A stretch of DNA of 64,000 bases from Dongiaceae bacterium (GTDB lineage Bacteria > Pseudomonadota > Alphaproteobacteria > Dongiales > Dongiaceae): positions 2,403-66,402 of the forward strand of contig JBDHTX010000010.1 of NCBI GenBank assembly GCA_039808885.1, written 5' to 3'. A model generated the notes under the pieces. That model worked only from the letters and a program-made list of their open reading frames with translations. It was not told where the DNA came from and ran no database searches. The position numbers and the translations under genes were made by a program. Positions 40,195 through 50,256 of the stretch are shown piece by piece (position 1 is the first letter of the stretch; each line of letters starts with the position of its first letter).

Positions 40195-41237
40195 GGAAAC
40201 AGCGGCAATTGCTCGAGCGCCGTCTCCTCGGCGAAGCCGGCCATGACGTTCATGTTCTGCACCGCCTGGCCGGAGGCGCCCTTCACCAGGTTGTCCTCCA
40301 CCGCCATCAGGATGGCGCGGCCGGGCACCCGGTCGGCATGGACCGACATGATGACGAAATTGCTGCCGCGCACATGCCGCGTCGCCGGCGCCGCACCGTT
40401 GGGCAGCACCTTCACGAAATACTCATCCCGGTAGCGGTCGGCGAGCGCCGCGCGCAGCTTGTCGACCGTCGCCCCCGCCGCCAGCTTCACGTAGATGGTG
40501 GCGAGGATGCCGCGGCTCATCGGCATCAGGTGCGGGGTGAAGTTGACGATGATGGGCTTGCCGGCGGCCGCGCTCAGCCCCTGCTCGATCTCGGGCGCAT
40601 GGCGATGGCTGGCGACGCCATAGGCGTGGATGCCCTCGGTCACCTCGGAATAGAGGCTGCCCTGCTTGGCATCGCGCCCGGCGCCGGTGACGCCCGACTT
40701 GGCGTCGATGATGATGTCGTCGGCGACGATCAGCCCGGCCTTGATCAGCGGGATCAGCGGCAGCTGCGCCGCGGTCGGATAGCAGCCCGGATTGGCTACC
40801 AGCCGCGCCCTACGCACGGCGTCGCGGTTGAGCTCGGTCAGGCCGTAGACGGCCTCCTTCTGCAACTCGGGCGCCAGGTGCGCGTGGCCGTACCAGGTGG
40901 CATAGGCGTCGAGGTCGGTCAGCCGGAAGTCGGCCGAGAGGTCGACGACGCGCAGATGCGCCGGCAGCTTGGCGACGACCTCCTGGGTCAGGCCGTGCGG
41001 CAGGCAGCAGAAGACGAAATCAACGCCCGTCCAGTCGACCTCGTCGATCTTGGTCAGGGTCGGCAGGTCGGCCAGCACCAGCTGCGGGAAGACCTCGGAA
41101 GCAGGCTTGCCGGCCTGGCGGTCGGCGGTGAGCGCCACGATCCGGACATGCGGATGGCGCGACAGCAGGCGCACGAGCTCGGCTCCGGTATAGCCGCTGG
41201 CACCCAGGATCGCGATTCTCAGCTTGTTGCTCGCCAT
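40191..41237 (-). CDS. argC: N-acetyl-gamma-glutamyl-phosphate reductase
   Basis: ILGASGYTG, DLSADFR, ANPGCYPT, SGVTGAGR, DNLVKGASGQAVQNMN. Confidence 0.96.
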   Translation of the reverse strand: MASNKLRIAILGASGYTGAELVRLLSRHPHVRIVALTADRQAGKPASEVFPQLVLADLPTLTKIDEVDWTGVDFVFCCLPHGLTQEVVAKLPAHLRVVDLSADFRLTDLDAYATWYGHAHLAPELQKEAVYGLTELNRDAVRRARLVANPGCYPTAAQLPLIPLIKAGLIVADDIIIDAKSGVTGAGRDAKQGSLYSEVTEGIHAYGVASHRHAPEIEQGLSAAAGKPIIVNFTPHLMPMSRGILATIYVKLAAGATVDKLRAALADRYRDEYFVKVLPNGAAPATRHVRGSNFVIMSVHADRVPGRAILMAVEDNLVKGASGQAVQNMNVMAGFAEETALEQLPLFP

Positions 41238-41417
41238 GTCCGACCTCGAATTGGACCAGTCCCACGGGGGACTCCGGCGGGAGTGCTAGCGAAACCGGGG
41301 GCTGTGGACAAGTGAAAACACTGTACCGGCCGCCCGGGATTCCGGCCCGCCTGGACCAAGTTGCGCCCTCATCCGCCAGGCCTTACCGTCCCTTCCCGAC
41401 ACAATGCGGGAAGAAAC

Positions 41418-41972
41418 ATGGGATTGCTCATCTTCGGCCTGGCGCTGTTCGTAGGCGCCCATCTGCTGCCAAGCAGCCAGGCGCTGCGCGGCGCGCTGGT
41501 CGCCCGGCTGGGCCAGAACGGCTACAAGGCGCTGTTTTCGATCGCCTCGGGCGCGGGCCTGGTCCTGACCGTGATCGGTTACGGCCGGGCGCCGGGGGAG
41601 CAGATCTTCCAGCCCTCCGAAACCGCGCGGGCGCTGCTGCCCGTGGCCATGGCGCTGGCCTTCGTCCTGGTGGCGACGGCCTACGCGCCGGGCCGGCTGC
41701 GCCGCCTGTTGCGACACCCCATGCTGGCCGGCGTGCTGATCTGGTCGGGGCTGCACTTCCTGGCCAATGGCGACCTGGCCGGCAACATCCTGTTCGGCAC
41801 CTTCGCGGCCTGGAGCGCCTTTGCCATCCTGTCGGCGACGCGGCGCGGCCAGAAGATCGGCGGCCCGCAGACTCGCGCCGGGGCCGATATCATCGCGGTC
41901 GTCCTCGGCTTGGCCGCTTTCGCCGCCATACTCTATTTGCATGAAACCCTGTTCGGCGTGTCGCCCTTCTAG
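41418..41972 (+). CDS. NnrU-family membrane protein
   Basis: GLALFVGAHL, LLRHPML, LHFLANGD; several TM helices. Confidence 0.8.
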   Translation: MGLLIFGLALFVGAHLLPSSQALRGALVARLGQNGYKALFSIASGAGLVLTVIGYGRAPGEQIFQPSETARALLPVAMALAFVLVATAYAPGRLRRLLRHPMLAGVLIWSGLHFLANGDLAGNILFGTFAAWSAFAILSATRRGQKIGGPQTRAGADIIAVVLGLAAFAAILYLHETLFGVSPF

Positions 41973-41999
41973 GGCTTCGCACGCGGGCTAGTTGGCCCG

Positions 42000-43190
42000 C
42001 TAGCTGGTCTGCCGACGCGCGGCGTGGTCCGCCAGCGCCTGGGCGAAGACATCGTGCGGCCAATTCTCCGCCAGCGCGCGCCGCATGAGTTGCGCCTGAG
42101 TTTCCGGCGCCAGCCCGCCGATGGGCGGATCTCTGTCGAGGTTGGTCGGGAACGAGTAACCCTCGGCGCAGGCGGCGACCGCGTTGGCGCATTCCGCCGC
42201 CCCAAGCGCGCCGGACGCGCGCAGCTCCAGCAAGGCTGGATAGAGCGCCGCGCACATGCGCACGCGGTCAACGCTCTCCATGGCCCGGCCATAGGCCGAG
42301 GAAACCTGCAGCAAATTCGCCATCCGCCGGACATGCGTCGTGCGGTTGCTGCCGGCGGCGTGGAACAGGGCCGGATTGAAGAACACCGCGTCGCCCTTGG
42401 CCAGCGGCAGCTGGATGTGGTGCCGGGCGAAATAGTCGATGAAATCCGGCCGGCGCCAGGCGATATAGCCCGGCTCGTAGAGCTGGGAATACGGCAGATA
42501 CAGCGTCGGCCCGCTTTCCACCGGCATGTCGCAATGAGCGACCGCACCCTGCAGCGTCAGCACCGGCGACAGCCGATGCGCGTGAGCGGGAAAGCGAACC
42601 AGCTCGTCCGCCGCCTGGAATCCCATGTGGTAGTCGCGATGCGGCGACTGCGCCGCGCCGCCGGGATTTACCACGTTGACCTGCGAGGTGATCTGGTAGT
42701 GCGGGCCGAGCCAGGCCTCGCTGACCAGCGCGATCACTTCGTTGGCGTAGTAGCGCGCGAAACCCAAGGGGTCGCGCAGGCACTCCTTCTCCAATGCGTT
42801 CCAGACGCGGTCATTGGCGCCCGGCTTGGCGAAATGGTCGCCGGCATTGACGTTCGACGCGCGCTGCTCGGCGATCATCGCCTCGAAGGCGGCGGTCGCG
42901 CCGTCCACCACGGCGGGATCGGCGAAGGCGCGCTGGAAAATCAGGATGCCGGGGCCGCTCATCATCAGGTCGGCCCATTCCGTCATCAGGGCGCGGCGGC
43001 CGTTTTCGTCCCTGGCGATCCGGCGCACGTCGTCGCCGTCATAGACCGGCACGTTCTGCTGCACACCCCTGGCGTAGGGAAAGGCGGCGGCATCGGTCTC
43101 GCGCTCGACCAGCCGTCGAAAATCCTCGAGACGGCAATCTGCCTCACTCAACCAGATGGCGCGGCGGTTCGAGGCTGAATCCATGGGCAA
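42000..43190 (-). CDS. Phytanoyl-CoA dioxygenase (PhyH)-family Fe(II)/2OG oxygenase
   Basis: QSPHRDYH (HxD), SGPT..LPYS, FFNPALFHAAG. Confidence 0.8.
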   Translation of the reverse strand: MPMDSASNRRAIWLSEADCRLEDFRRLVERETDAAAFPYARGVQQNVPVYDGDDVRRIARDENGRRALMTEWADLMMSGPGILIFQRAFADPAVVDGATAAFEAMIAEQRASNVNAGDHFAKPGANDRVWNALEKECLRDPLGFARYYANEVIALVSEAWLGPHYQITSQVNVVNPGGAAQSPHRDYHMGFQAADELVRFPAHAHRLSPVLTLQGAVAHCDMPVESGPTLYLPYSQLYEPGYIAWRRPDFIDYFARHHIQLPLAKGDAVFFNPALFHAAGSNRTTHVRRMANLLQVSSAYGRAMESVDRVRMCAALYPALLELRASGALGAAECANAVAACAEGYSFPTNLDRDPPIGGLAPETQAQLMRRALAENWPHDVFAQALADHAARRQTS

Positions 43191-43281
43191 TGCCAGTGTT
43201 TGCTGGGAAGATGGCGGGTACTATAGGGCCTGACCTCGGCACCGTCGATGCGATGCGCGGCCGTTCTTCCTTTCCCGCCGG

Positions 43282-43315
43282 AAACGACAAAGGCCGGGAC
43301 TTGCGTCCCGGCCTT
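43282..43315 (-). terminator. Probable terminator after rpsI
   Basis: AAGGCCGGGAC/GTCCCGGCCTT stem followed by a T-rich tail on the minus strand. Confidence 0.6.
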
Positions 43316-43341
43316 CGCCAACTCGTCGCTCTGGAAGCGGC

Positions 43342-43836
43342 TTAGCGCTTCGAGAACTGGAAGGAACGACGCGCCTTGGCGCGGCCGTACTTCTTGCGCT
43401 CGACGGTGCGGCTGTCGCGGGTCAGGAAGCCGCCCTGCTTCAGCGCCGACCGCAGGTCGGGCTCGAACAGGGTCAGCGCGCGGCTGATGCCGTGGCGCAC
43501 GGCGCCCGCCTGGCCGGAGAGGCCGCCGCCGACCACGGTGCAGACGACGTCGAACTGGCCGGCCCGGTTCACGATCGAAAACGGCTGGTTGATCATCATG
43601 CGCAGCACCGGACGGGCGAAATAGACCGTGATGTCGCGATCGTTGACGGTGACCTTGCCGCTGCCCGGCTTGATCCAGACGCGGGCGATGGCGTCTTTGC
43701 GGCGGCCGGTCGCGTAGGAGCGGCCCTGCGCGTCGACCTTGCGCTCGCGCTTCGGCGCGGCGACGGGCGCGGCAGCGGCCTTCGTGGCGCCGCCCAGGTC
43801 CTTCAGATCGGTCAGGCGCTGAGGTTCGTTGGCCAT
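43342..43836 (-). CDS. rpsI: 30S ribosomal protein S9
   Basis: [39 protein letters not shown]. Confidence 0.98.
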   Translation of the reverse strand: MANEPQRLTDLKDLGGATKAAAAPVAAPKRERKVDAQGRSYATGRRKDAIARVWIKPGSGKVTVNDRDITVYFARPVLRMMINQPFSIVNRAGQFDVVCTVVGGGLSGQAGAVRHGISRALTLFEPDLRSALKQGGFLTRDSRTVERKKYGRAKARRSFQFSKR

Positions 43837-43837
43837 G

Positions 43838-44302
43838 TTACGCGCTCCGCTTGTTCTTCGGGTTCATCGCGCCGACATCCAGCACTTCGGGCTGCTGGGC
43901 GGCATGGGTGTGCTCGGCGCCGGCGAAGACGCGCAGGTTCTTCATCTGCTGGCGGCCCAGGGGACCGCGCGGCACCATGCGCTCGACCGCCTTCACGATG
44001 GCGCGCTCGGGGAACTTGCCGCCGAGCTGCTTGCCCATGGTGATTTCCTTGACGCCGCCCGGATGGCCGGTGTGCCAGTGGAACAGCTTGTCCTGCAGCT
44101 TGTTGCCGGTGACCTTCACCTTGGCGGCATTGATGATGATCACGTTGTCGCCGCAATCCATGTGCGGGGTGAAGGTGGTCTTGTGCTTGCCGCGCAGGCG
44201 GTTCGCCACGATCGAGGCCAGGCGACCCAGGACGACGCCATCGGCGTCGATCAGGATCCACTTCTTGACCACCTCGCTCGGCTTGGCGGAATAGGTCTTC
44301 AT
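43838..44302 (-). CDS. rplM: 50S ribosomal protein L13
   Basis: [30 protein letters not shown]. Confidence 0.98.
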   Translation of the reverse strand: MKTYSAKPSEVVKKWILIDADGVVLGRLASIVANRLRGKHKTTFTPHMDCGDNVIIINAAKVKVTGNKLQDKLFHWHTGHPGGVKEITMGKQLGGKFPERAIVKAVERMVPRGPLGRQQMKNLRVFAGAEHTHAAQQPEVLDVGAMNPKNKRSA

Positions 44303-44360
44303 GGTGTTTGCTCCTCTAGGCCGGTCGGGCGCCAGGGCGCCGATCCGGCAATCGGCGGTT

Positions 44361-44389
44361 CGTATAGAGGAGCAATCGCAAGGCGTCAA
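44361..44389 (-). promoter_or_regulatory. sigma70 promoter of rplM-rpsI
   Basis: TTGACG-N17-TATACG on the minus strand. Confidence 0.7.
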
Positions 44390-44510
44390 CGGGAAGTATT
44401 CTCGTATTTTCAATAACATAGAATTTCGGTATTATGATACCACAAAGACTTAGCGCGATAAACTCGACAATTCTCCGCCCTTTGGCAAATATAGATCGCG
44501 ATGGACGGCC

Positions 44511-45380
44511 ATGCTGCCCGACCCTGACTACGACCTGATTTCCGCCGACGAGCTGAACCGGCAGATGATGCCGCGCGTCGCGGTGCCGGACCACGAGCGC
44601 TGGCTGACCGGGGATCTGGCCCGCGGCGAGAAGCTGCGCCGCACCCTGCCCGGCCGCTATGACCAGCGCTACGGCCCCGGCCCCCGGCAGATCGCCGACC
44701 TGTTTCCGGCTCCGGAAGGCGGGCCGAAGGCGCCGATCGTGCTGTTCATCCACGGCGGTTTCTGGCGCGCCCTGTCCAAGGACTACGTGCGCCACGTCGC
44801 GGTGCCGCTGACGGAAGCCGGCATCGCGGCGGTCCTGCCAAGCTATGACCTCTGCCCCCAGGTGCCCCTCGCCACCGTGGTCGACCAGGCGCGACAGGCC
44901 CTGCTCTGGACCCGCGCCCAGGCGGCGCAGCTGAACGGCGATCCCGATCGCATCTTCGTCGCGGGCAATTCCGCCGGCGCGCATCTGGCGGCGATGCTGC
45001 TGGCCGAGGACTGGTCGGCCCACGGCCTCTCGCGCGCGCCCATCGCCGGCGCCATCCTGGTCACCGGCATCTACGACTTGCGCCCGGTGCGCGGCATCCA
45101 GGTGAACGAGGATACGCGCCTGTCGCCGGAGGATGCGGTCTCGCTCAGCCCGCAATTCCTGCCGGTCCGCAATCCGGTCCCCACCCTGGTCGCCGTCGGC
45201 GGCGACGAGCCGCCGCTGTGGGTCGAGCAGTCGCGGCGCTATGCCGCCAAGCTGCGCCAGGCCGGCGCGCCGACCGAGCTGATGATCCTGCCGGGGCTCA
45301 ATCACTTCTCGATCACCGCGTCGCTCGGCGATGCCGCGGAGCCGCTCGCCGCCGCGATGTTGCGGCAGGTGCGCCCATGA
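44511..45380 (+). CDS. Alpha/beta hydrolase (kynurenine formamidase/esterase-like)
   Basis: FIHGGFW, GNSAG nucleophile elbow, GLNHF. Confidence 0.82.
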   Translation: MLPDPDYDLISADELNRQMMPRVAVPDHERWLTGDLARGEKLRRTLPGRYDQRYGPGPRQIADLFPAPEGGPKAPIVLFIHGGFWRALSKDYVRHVAVPLTEAGIAAVLPSYDLCPQVPLATVVDQARQALLWTRAQAAQLNGDPDRIFVAGNSAGAHLAAMLLAEDWSAHGLSRAPIAGAILVTGIYDLRPVRGIQVNEDTRLSPEDAVSLSPQFLPVRNPVPTLVAVGGDEPPLWVEQSRRYAAKLRQAGAPTELMILPGLNHFSITASLGDAAEPLAAAMLRQVRP

Positions 45381-46177
45381 TCCCGATGACCGCCGCGCCG
45401 CAACCCCTCTACGACAAGATCGGCGCCACCTATGACGCCACACGCCACGCCGAGCCGGCGATCGTCGATTTGCTGGTCGAGCTGCTGGGCCTGCGACCGC
45501 AGGCCCGCGTGCTCGACATCGGCTGCGGCACCGGCAACTACACCACGGCCTTGCACCAGCGTGATCTGCGCCTGATCGGGCTCGACCGGTCCGGGCTGAT
45601 GTTGCGGACGGCGCGCGCCAAGGCGGACAGCCTGCCGCTGATCGGCGCCGACGCCTCGGCCCTGCCCTTCGCCAACCGCAGTTTCGACGGCGCCATCTGC
45701 ACCCTGGCCATCCACCACTTCGACGACCTGGAGGCGACCTTCGCCGAAGCGGCGCGCGTGCTGAACCGGGGCAAGCTGGTGATCCTGACCGCCTTGCCCG
45801 AGCAGATCATGCGCTACTGGCTGCGCGCCTATTTCCCGCGCATGATGGAGCGCTCTGCCGACCAGATGCCGGATTGGAGCACCATCGAAATCTCGCTCCG
45901 CCATGCCGGGTTCCGCACCTGGTCGCAGCGCCTCTATTGGATGCCGGAACAGCCGCAGGATTTGTTCCTTTACAGCGGCAAGCACCAACCCCATCTTTAT
46001 CTCGACGAGCGCGTGCGCGCCAATATCTCGGCCTTCGCCAACCTGGCGGATGAGGACGAGATCGGCATCGGGCTGGACCGCCTGAAGCGCGATCTGGCGC
46101 AGAACCGCTTCGAGCAGACGACCTCGGAATACGAGGACGTCGGCGGCGATTATCTTTTCATCGCGGCGCAGGTGTGA
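45377..46177 (+). CDS. Class I SAM-dependent methyltransferase
   Basis: VLDIGCGTGNY, GLDRS, LPF..RSFDG; ATGA overlap with the upstream gene. Confidence 0.85.
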   Translation: MIPMTAAPQPLYDKIGATYDATRHAEPAIVDLLVELLGLRPQARVLDIGCGTGNYTTALHQRDLRLIGLDRSGLMLRTARAKADSLPLIGADASALPFANRSFDGAICTLAIHHFDDLEATFAEAARVLNRGKLVILTALPEQIMRYWLRAYFPRMMERSADQMPDWSTIEISLRHAGFRTWSQRLYWMPEQPQDLFLYSGKHQPHLYLDERVRANISAFANLADEDEIGIGLDRLKRDLAQNRFEQTTSEYEDVGGDYLFIAAQV

Positions 46178-46196
46178 TGCCGCGCAGGAGGCGAGC

Positions 46197-46985
46197 ATGA
46201 CCATCCCCAACGATCTGGTGCTGCGGCAGGACGAAGGTGGCGGCATCGTGCGCTTGACGCTGAACCGGCCGGACGCGCGCAACGCGCTATCGCTGGAAAT
46301 GATGCGGCAGTTCATGGCGCATCTGGAATCGATGGCGCAGGACGACAAGGCCCGCGTCGTCATCCTGTCCGGCAATGGCCCCGCCTTCTGCGCCGGGCAC
46401 GACCTGAAGGAGCTGCGCGCCGATCCGACGCCGGCCTTCTACTCCAAGGTGTTCGCCCTGGTCACGCGCATCATGCTCGCCTTGACGGAGATGCCGCGGC
46501 CGGTGATCGCCGAGGTGCACGGCATCGCCACGGCGGCAGGCTGCCAGCTGGTCGCCACCGCCGACCTGGCGATCGCCGCCGCCGACGCGCGCTTCGCCAC
46601 GCCGGGCGTGAACATCGGCCTGTTCTGCTCGACGCCGATGGTCGCGCTGAGCCGCTCCGTCGCCAGCAAGCATGCGATGGAGATGCTGCTGACCGGCGAC
46701 ATGATCGACGCCCAGGAAGCGGCGCGCATCGGCCTCGTCAACCGCGTGGTGCCGCCGTCGGAGGTCGCCGCCGCCACCATGGCGCTGGCCAAGAAGATCG
46801 CCAGCAAGTCGATCTATACGATGAAAACCGGCAAGGGCGCCTTCTATCGGCAGCGCGAGATGGATCTCAAGCACGCCTATGACTACGCGGCCCATGTGAT
46901 GACCGAGAACATGCAGGCGCTGGATGCGGCAGAAGGCATTGACGCCTTCCTGCAGAAGCGCCATCCGGCCTGGCAGGATTGCTGA
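46197..46985 (+). CDS. Enoyl-CoA hydratase/isomerase family protein
   Basis: LNRP..RNAL, FCAGHDL, ATAAGCQL, GLFCSTP. Confidence 0.9.
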   Translation: MTIPNDLVLRQDEGGGIVRLTLNRPDARNALSLEMMRQFMAHLESMAQDDKARVVILSGNGPAFCAGHDLKELRADPTPAFYSKVFALVTRIMLALTEMPRPVIAEVHGIATAAGCQLVATADLAIAAADARFATPGVNIGLFCSTPMVALSRSVASKHAMEMLLTGDMIDAQEAARIGLVNRVVPPSEVAAATMALAKKIASKSIYTMKTGKGAFYRQREMDLKHAYDYAAHVMTENMQALDAAEGIDAFLQKRHPAWQDC

Positions 46986-47081
46986 GACTCCCGCGGCGCG
47001 GAGCGAATTGCGCGCGACTCGCGGAGGCTTCTAGACTTCATCCGATGCTTCGGCGCATCGGTTTGAGTCCGGAATCCTGCC

Positions 47082-47561
47082 ATGAGCCAACGCTATCCGC
47101 GCTGGACCAATCTCGAGTTCCTCGAGTTCTGCCATCCGCGCATCCGCGCGATCTATGACTATTGGAACGAGAAGCGCGGCGATCGCAAGATGCCGAGCCG
47201 CACCGATATCGACCCGCTGGAGATGCCGAGCTATCTGCCCGGCATCGTCATGGTCGACGTCGGATACGAACCGTTCTCCCTCACCTACCGGTTGGTGGGG
47301 ACCCGCGAGGCCGAGGCGCGCGGCGCCGACCCGACCGGCAAGAGCGTGTTCGAGGCCTGGGACGGCCGCTCCGAGGACGATGTCATCGAGAACTACCGCC
47401 AGGTGATCGCCCGGAAGGTGCCGCTCTATGACGGCGACCGCACCCTCGACCCCGAGCGCGACTGGCTCGAGGCCGGAACCGTCTTCCTGCCGTTGTCCGA
47501 CGACGGCGAGACGGTGAACAAGGTCCTCATCTACACCGAGTACCGCGACCGGCGTTCGTGA
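47082..47561 (+). CDS. Stand-alone PAS-fold protein (PAS_5 type)
   Basis: IYDYWNEKRG...PSRTDIDP, YRLVGT, FLPLSDDG. Confidence 0.75.
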   Translation: MSQRYPRWTNLEFLEFCHPRIRAIYDYWNEKRGDRKMPSRTDIDPLEMPSYLPGIVMVDVGYEPFSLTYRLVGTREAEARGADPTGKSVFEAWDGRSEDDVIENYRQVIARKVPLYDGDRTLDPERDWLEAGTVFLPLSDDGETVNKVLIYTEYRDRRS

Positions 47562-47594
47562 GCGCGGCCGCCATCCCGAGCGCGGTCGACTGCT

Positions 47595-48776
47595 TCAGCG
47601 CGTCAGGTTCTTCAGCGGATCGACGGCCTTGGTCCCCTGCCGCAATTCGAAATGCAGCTGTGGCGTGTCGACATTGCCGGTGCTGCCCACGCGGGCGATG
47701 ATCTGGCCCTGCTTGACCTTGTCGCCCTTCTTCACCAGCAGCGCCGAGTTGTGCGCATAAGCGGTCACCCACCCATCGGCATGGCGCAGCAGCACCATGT
47801 TGCCGAAGCCGCGCAATTCGTTGCCGGCGTACGCAACCGTGCCTGCGGCGGAGGCCAAGACCGGCGCGCCGGCGGGCGCCGCGATGTTGATGCCGTCGTT
47901 GCGCTGATTGTCCTTGGTCGGGCCGAACTTGCCGATGACCTTGCCATCAACCGGCCAGATGAAGGCGCTGTTGGGCTTCACGTCGGGCAGCGGATCGCCT
48001 TTCGACGCCGGCGGAACCGCAGCCGGCGCCGGGGCCGGCTCGATCGACGCGGTCTGCGGCGCAGGTTGGGACGCAGGCGCGGGAGGAGTCTGGGGCGCAG
48101 CTTGGGGCGTGGGCGCCGGCTGCAAAGGTGGCAGCGACGACGCGGTAACACCGCCGCCGAGGTCCTGCGGCGCCGAATTGGTGGCGGGGGCGGTCGGTTG
48201 CGCGCCGATCACCGCCGGCTGGCCGCTCGCTTGCGGCAGCGGCTGCGGGGCGGACGGGGTGGGCGCGCTGGGCACGAAAGGCTTCGCTTGCGGCGCCGCG
48301 GCCGTCTGGGACGCAGGCTGTGGCGCATCGGCGCCCGAGGGCAGCACCAGCGTCTGGCCAACCTGCAAGGTATAGGGCGCCCGCAGGTTGTTGAGCTGGA
48401 TCAGCGCGCTGATCGAAACACCCTGGCGCGCGGCGATGCCGGAGACGGTGTCGCCCTTCTGCACCACGTAGTCGCCACGCGGCTGCAGCGAGAGGCGCTG
48501 GCCCGGCTGCAGCGCATAAGGCGGCGTCAGGCGATTGAGATCGATCAGCGTGCGGATCGGCGTGTTGGTGCGTTCCGACACCACCGCCACGGTATCGCCG
48601 GGTGCCACCACGTATTGGCCGCCGACAATCTCGCCGAAGGCCTGGTCGGAGGCGACCACTGGACCCGGCGCCGGCGGCGGCGCGAAAAGGCCGCCCGGCT
48701 GCTGGCAACCGGCCACCGTCAGCAACGTCAGCGCCAGGCCGAGGCGCCACGCCCAGTATGGAACCCGTGCGCTCAC
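47595..48776 (-). CDS. nlpD: LysM x2 + M23 peptidase lipoprotein (NlpD/LppB-like)
   Basis: Lipobox VAGC; two LysM repeats; Pro/Ala linker; FIWPVDG, NDGINIAAP, YAH, HFELR. Confidence 0.88.
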   Translation of the reverse strand: MSARVPYWAWRLGLALTLLTVAGCQQPGGLFAPPPAPGPVVASDQAFGEIVGGQYVVAPGDTVAVVSERTNTPIRTLIDLNRLTPPYALQPGQRLSLQPRGDYVVQKGDTVSGIAARQGVSISALIQLNNLRAPYTLQVGQTLVLPSGADAPQPASQTAAAPQAKPFVPSAPTPSAPQPLPQASGQPAVIGAQPTAPATNSAPQDLGGGVTASSLPPLQPAPTPQAAPQTPPAPASQPAPQTASIEPAPAPAAVPPASKGDPLPDVKPNSAFIWPVDGKVIGKFGPTKDNQRNDGINIAAPAGAPVLASAAGTVAYAGNELRGFGNMVLLRHADGWVTAYAHNSALLVKKGDKVKQGQIIARVGSTGNVDTPQLHFELRQGTKAVDPLKNLTR

Positions 48777-49447
48777 GCGCCCTGCACCGTGCGCTGCGGC
48801 CGCAGGTCGTCTTCCGGCAGGGCACCGCCCACCAGGGGCACGAAGCGCACCTCGGTCAGCACCTCCTGCCGAACGCCCTCGGGGGTCTTCGTCAGGCGCA
48901 GCAACACCTGGTCGCCGCGCTCGGCGCCGACCGGCACCACCATGATGCCGCCCTCGGCCAGTTGGTCCAGCAGCGCCTGCGGCACGCCGTCGGCGGCGGC
49001 AGTCACGATGATGCGCTCGAAAGGCGCCTGTTCCTTCCAGCCCTTGGAGCCGTCGGCGACCTTCGAGGTGATGTTGTGGATGCGCAAGACGCGGAACCGC
49101 GCCTCCGCCTCCTTCAGCAGCGAGGCGAAACGCTCGATGGTGTACACGCGCCGGGCGAGCCGCGCGAGCACCGCCGCCTGATAGCCGGAGCCGGTGCCGA
49201 TCTCGAGCACTTTGTGGGATTTTTCCACCTGCAGCGCCTCGGTCATCAGCGCCACGATCTGCGGCTGGCTGATGGTCTGGCCCTGGGCGATGGGCAGGGC
49301 CTGGTCCTCATAGGCCTGGTCGTGGAAATGCGGCAGCACGAAGGCCTCGCGCGGGATCAGTTCGAGCGCCGCCAGAACCCGCGTGTCGGTGATGCCGGCG
49401 CGGCGCAGGCTCATGATCAGGCGGATCTTGCGCGCGTGCAGGCTCAT
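48773..49447 (-). CDS. pcm: Protein-L-isoaspartate O-methyltransferase
   Basis: QTISQP, VLEIGTGSGYQAA, PFERIIVTAA, VRFVPL. Confidence 0.95.
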   Translation of the reverse strand: MSLHARKIRLIMSLRRAGITDTRVLAALELIPREAFVLPHFHDQAYEDQALPIAQGQTISQPQIVALMTEALQVEKSHKVLEIGTGSGYQAAVLARLARRVYTIERFASLLKEAEARFRVLRIHNITSKVADGSKGWKEQAPFERIIVTAAADGVPQALLDQLAEGGIMVVPVGAERGDQVLLRLTKTPEGVRQEVLTEVRFVPLVGGALPEDDLRPQRTVQGA

Positions 49448-50256
49448 CGCCGCGCGGCCTTTCGCGCCCGCTTCGGCTTGCCGAACAGGCCGGCAATCCT
49501 CTGCAGCGTCACGCCATGAGTCAGGTCGCAATGCAGCGGCGTCACCGAGACCATGCGGTCGAGGACCGCACCGAGATCCGTCTCATGCTCGAGCGGATCG
49601 TCGGTCGGGAAGTCGCCGATCCACAGCATGTCGCGGCCCGCCGGGTCCTTCATCCGGGTGATGTGGGTATGCTCCACGCGGCGACCCTGCGGGGCCACCT
49701 TGACGCCGGTGACCTCGCCCGGCTGCACCGGCGGGAAGTTCACGTTCATCAGCACACCCTTCGGCCAGGCCACCGCGTAGAGCTTGCGGATGATGCCGGG
49801 CGCGAAGGCTTCCGCCGTCTTCCACGGCAGGTAGTCGCCCTTGCGCACCTGGCTGAAGGCGATGGACGGGATGCCGAGCAAGGCGGCCTCGCGGGCCGCG
49901 GCGACGGTGCCGGAATAGATGATGTCCTCGCCCAGATTGGCGCCGCGGTTGACGCCGGAGAGAACCAGGTCCGGCGCCTTGTCGGTCATGATGTGCTTCA
50001 CCGCCATCAGGACGCTGTCCGACGGCGTGCCGCCCACGGCATAGCGCCGGCGCCCGACCTTGTGCAGGGCCAGCGAACGCCGCAGCGTCAGGCCGTGGCT
50101 GGCGCCGCTCTGTTCCGCCTCGGGCGCCACCACCCAGACATCGTCGGAGAGCGAGCGGGCGACCCGCTCCAGCAGTTTCAGTCCCGGGGCGTGGATGCCG
50201 TCATCGTTGGAAACCAGGATGCGGGCTTTGGACAGCTTCGGTAAGGCGTCAGCCAT
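49444..50256 (-). CDS. surE: 5'/3'-nucleotidase SurE
   Basis: [37 protein letters not shown]. Confidence 0.95.
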   Translation of the reverse strand: MADALPKLSKARILVSNDDGIHAPGLKLLERVARSLSDDVWVVAPEAEQSGASHGLTLRRSLALHKVGRRRYAVGGTPSDSVLMAVKHIMTDKAPDLVLSGVNRGANLGEDIIYSGTVAAAREAALLGIPSIAFSQVRKGDYLPWKTAEAFAPGIIRKLYAVAWPKGVLMNVNFPPVQPGEVTGVKVAPQGRRVEHTHITRMKDPAGRDMLWIGDFPTDDPLEHETDLGAVLDRMVSVTPLHCDLTHGVTLQRIAGLFGKPKRARKAARR

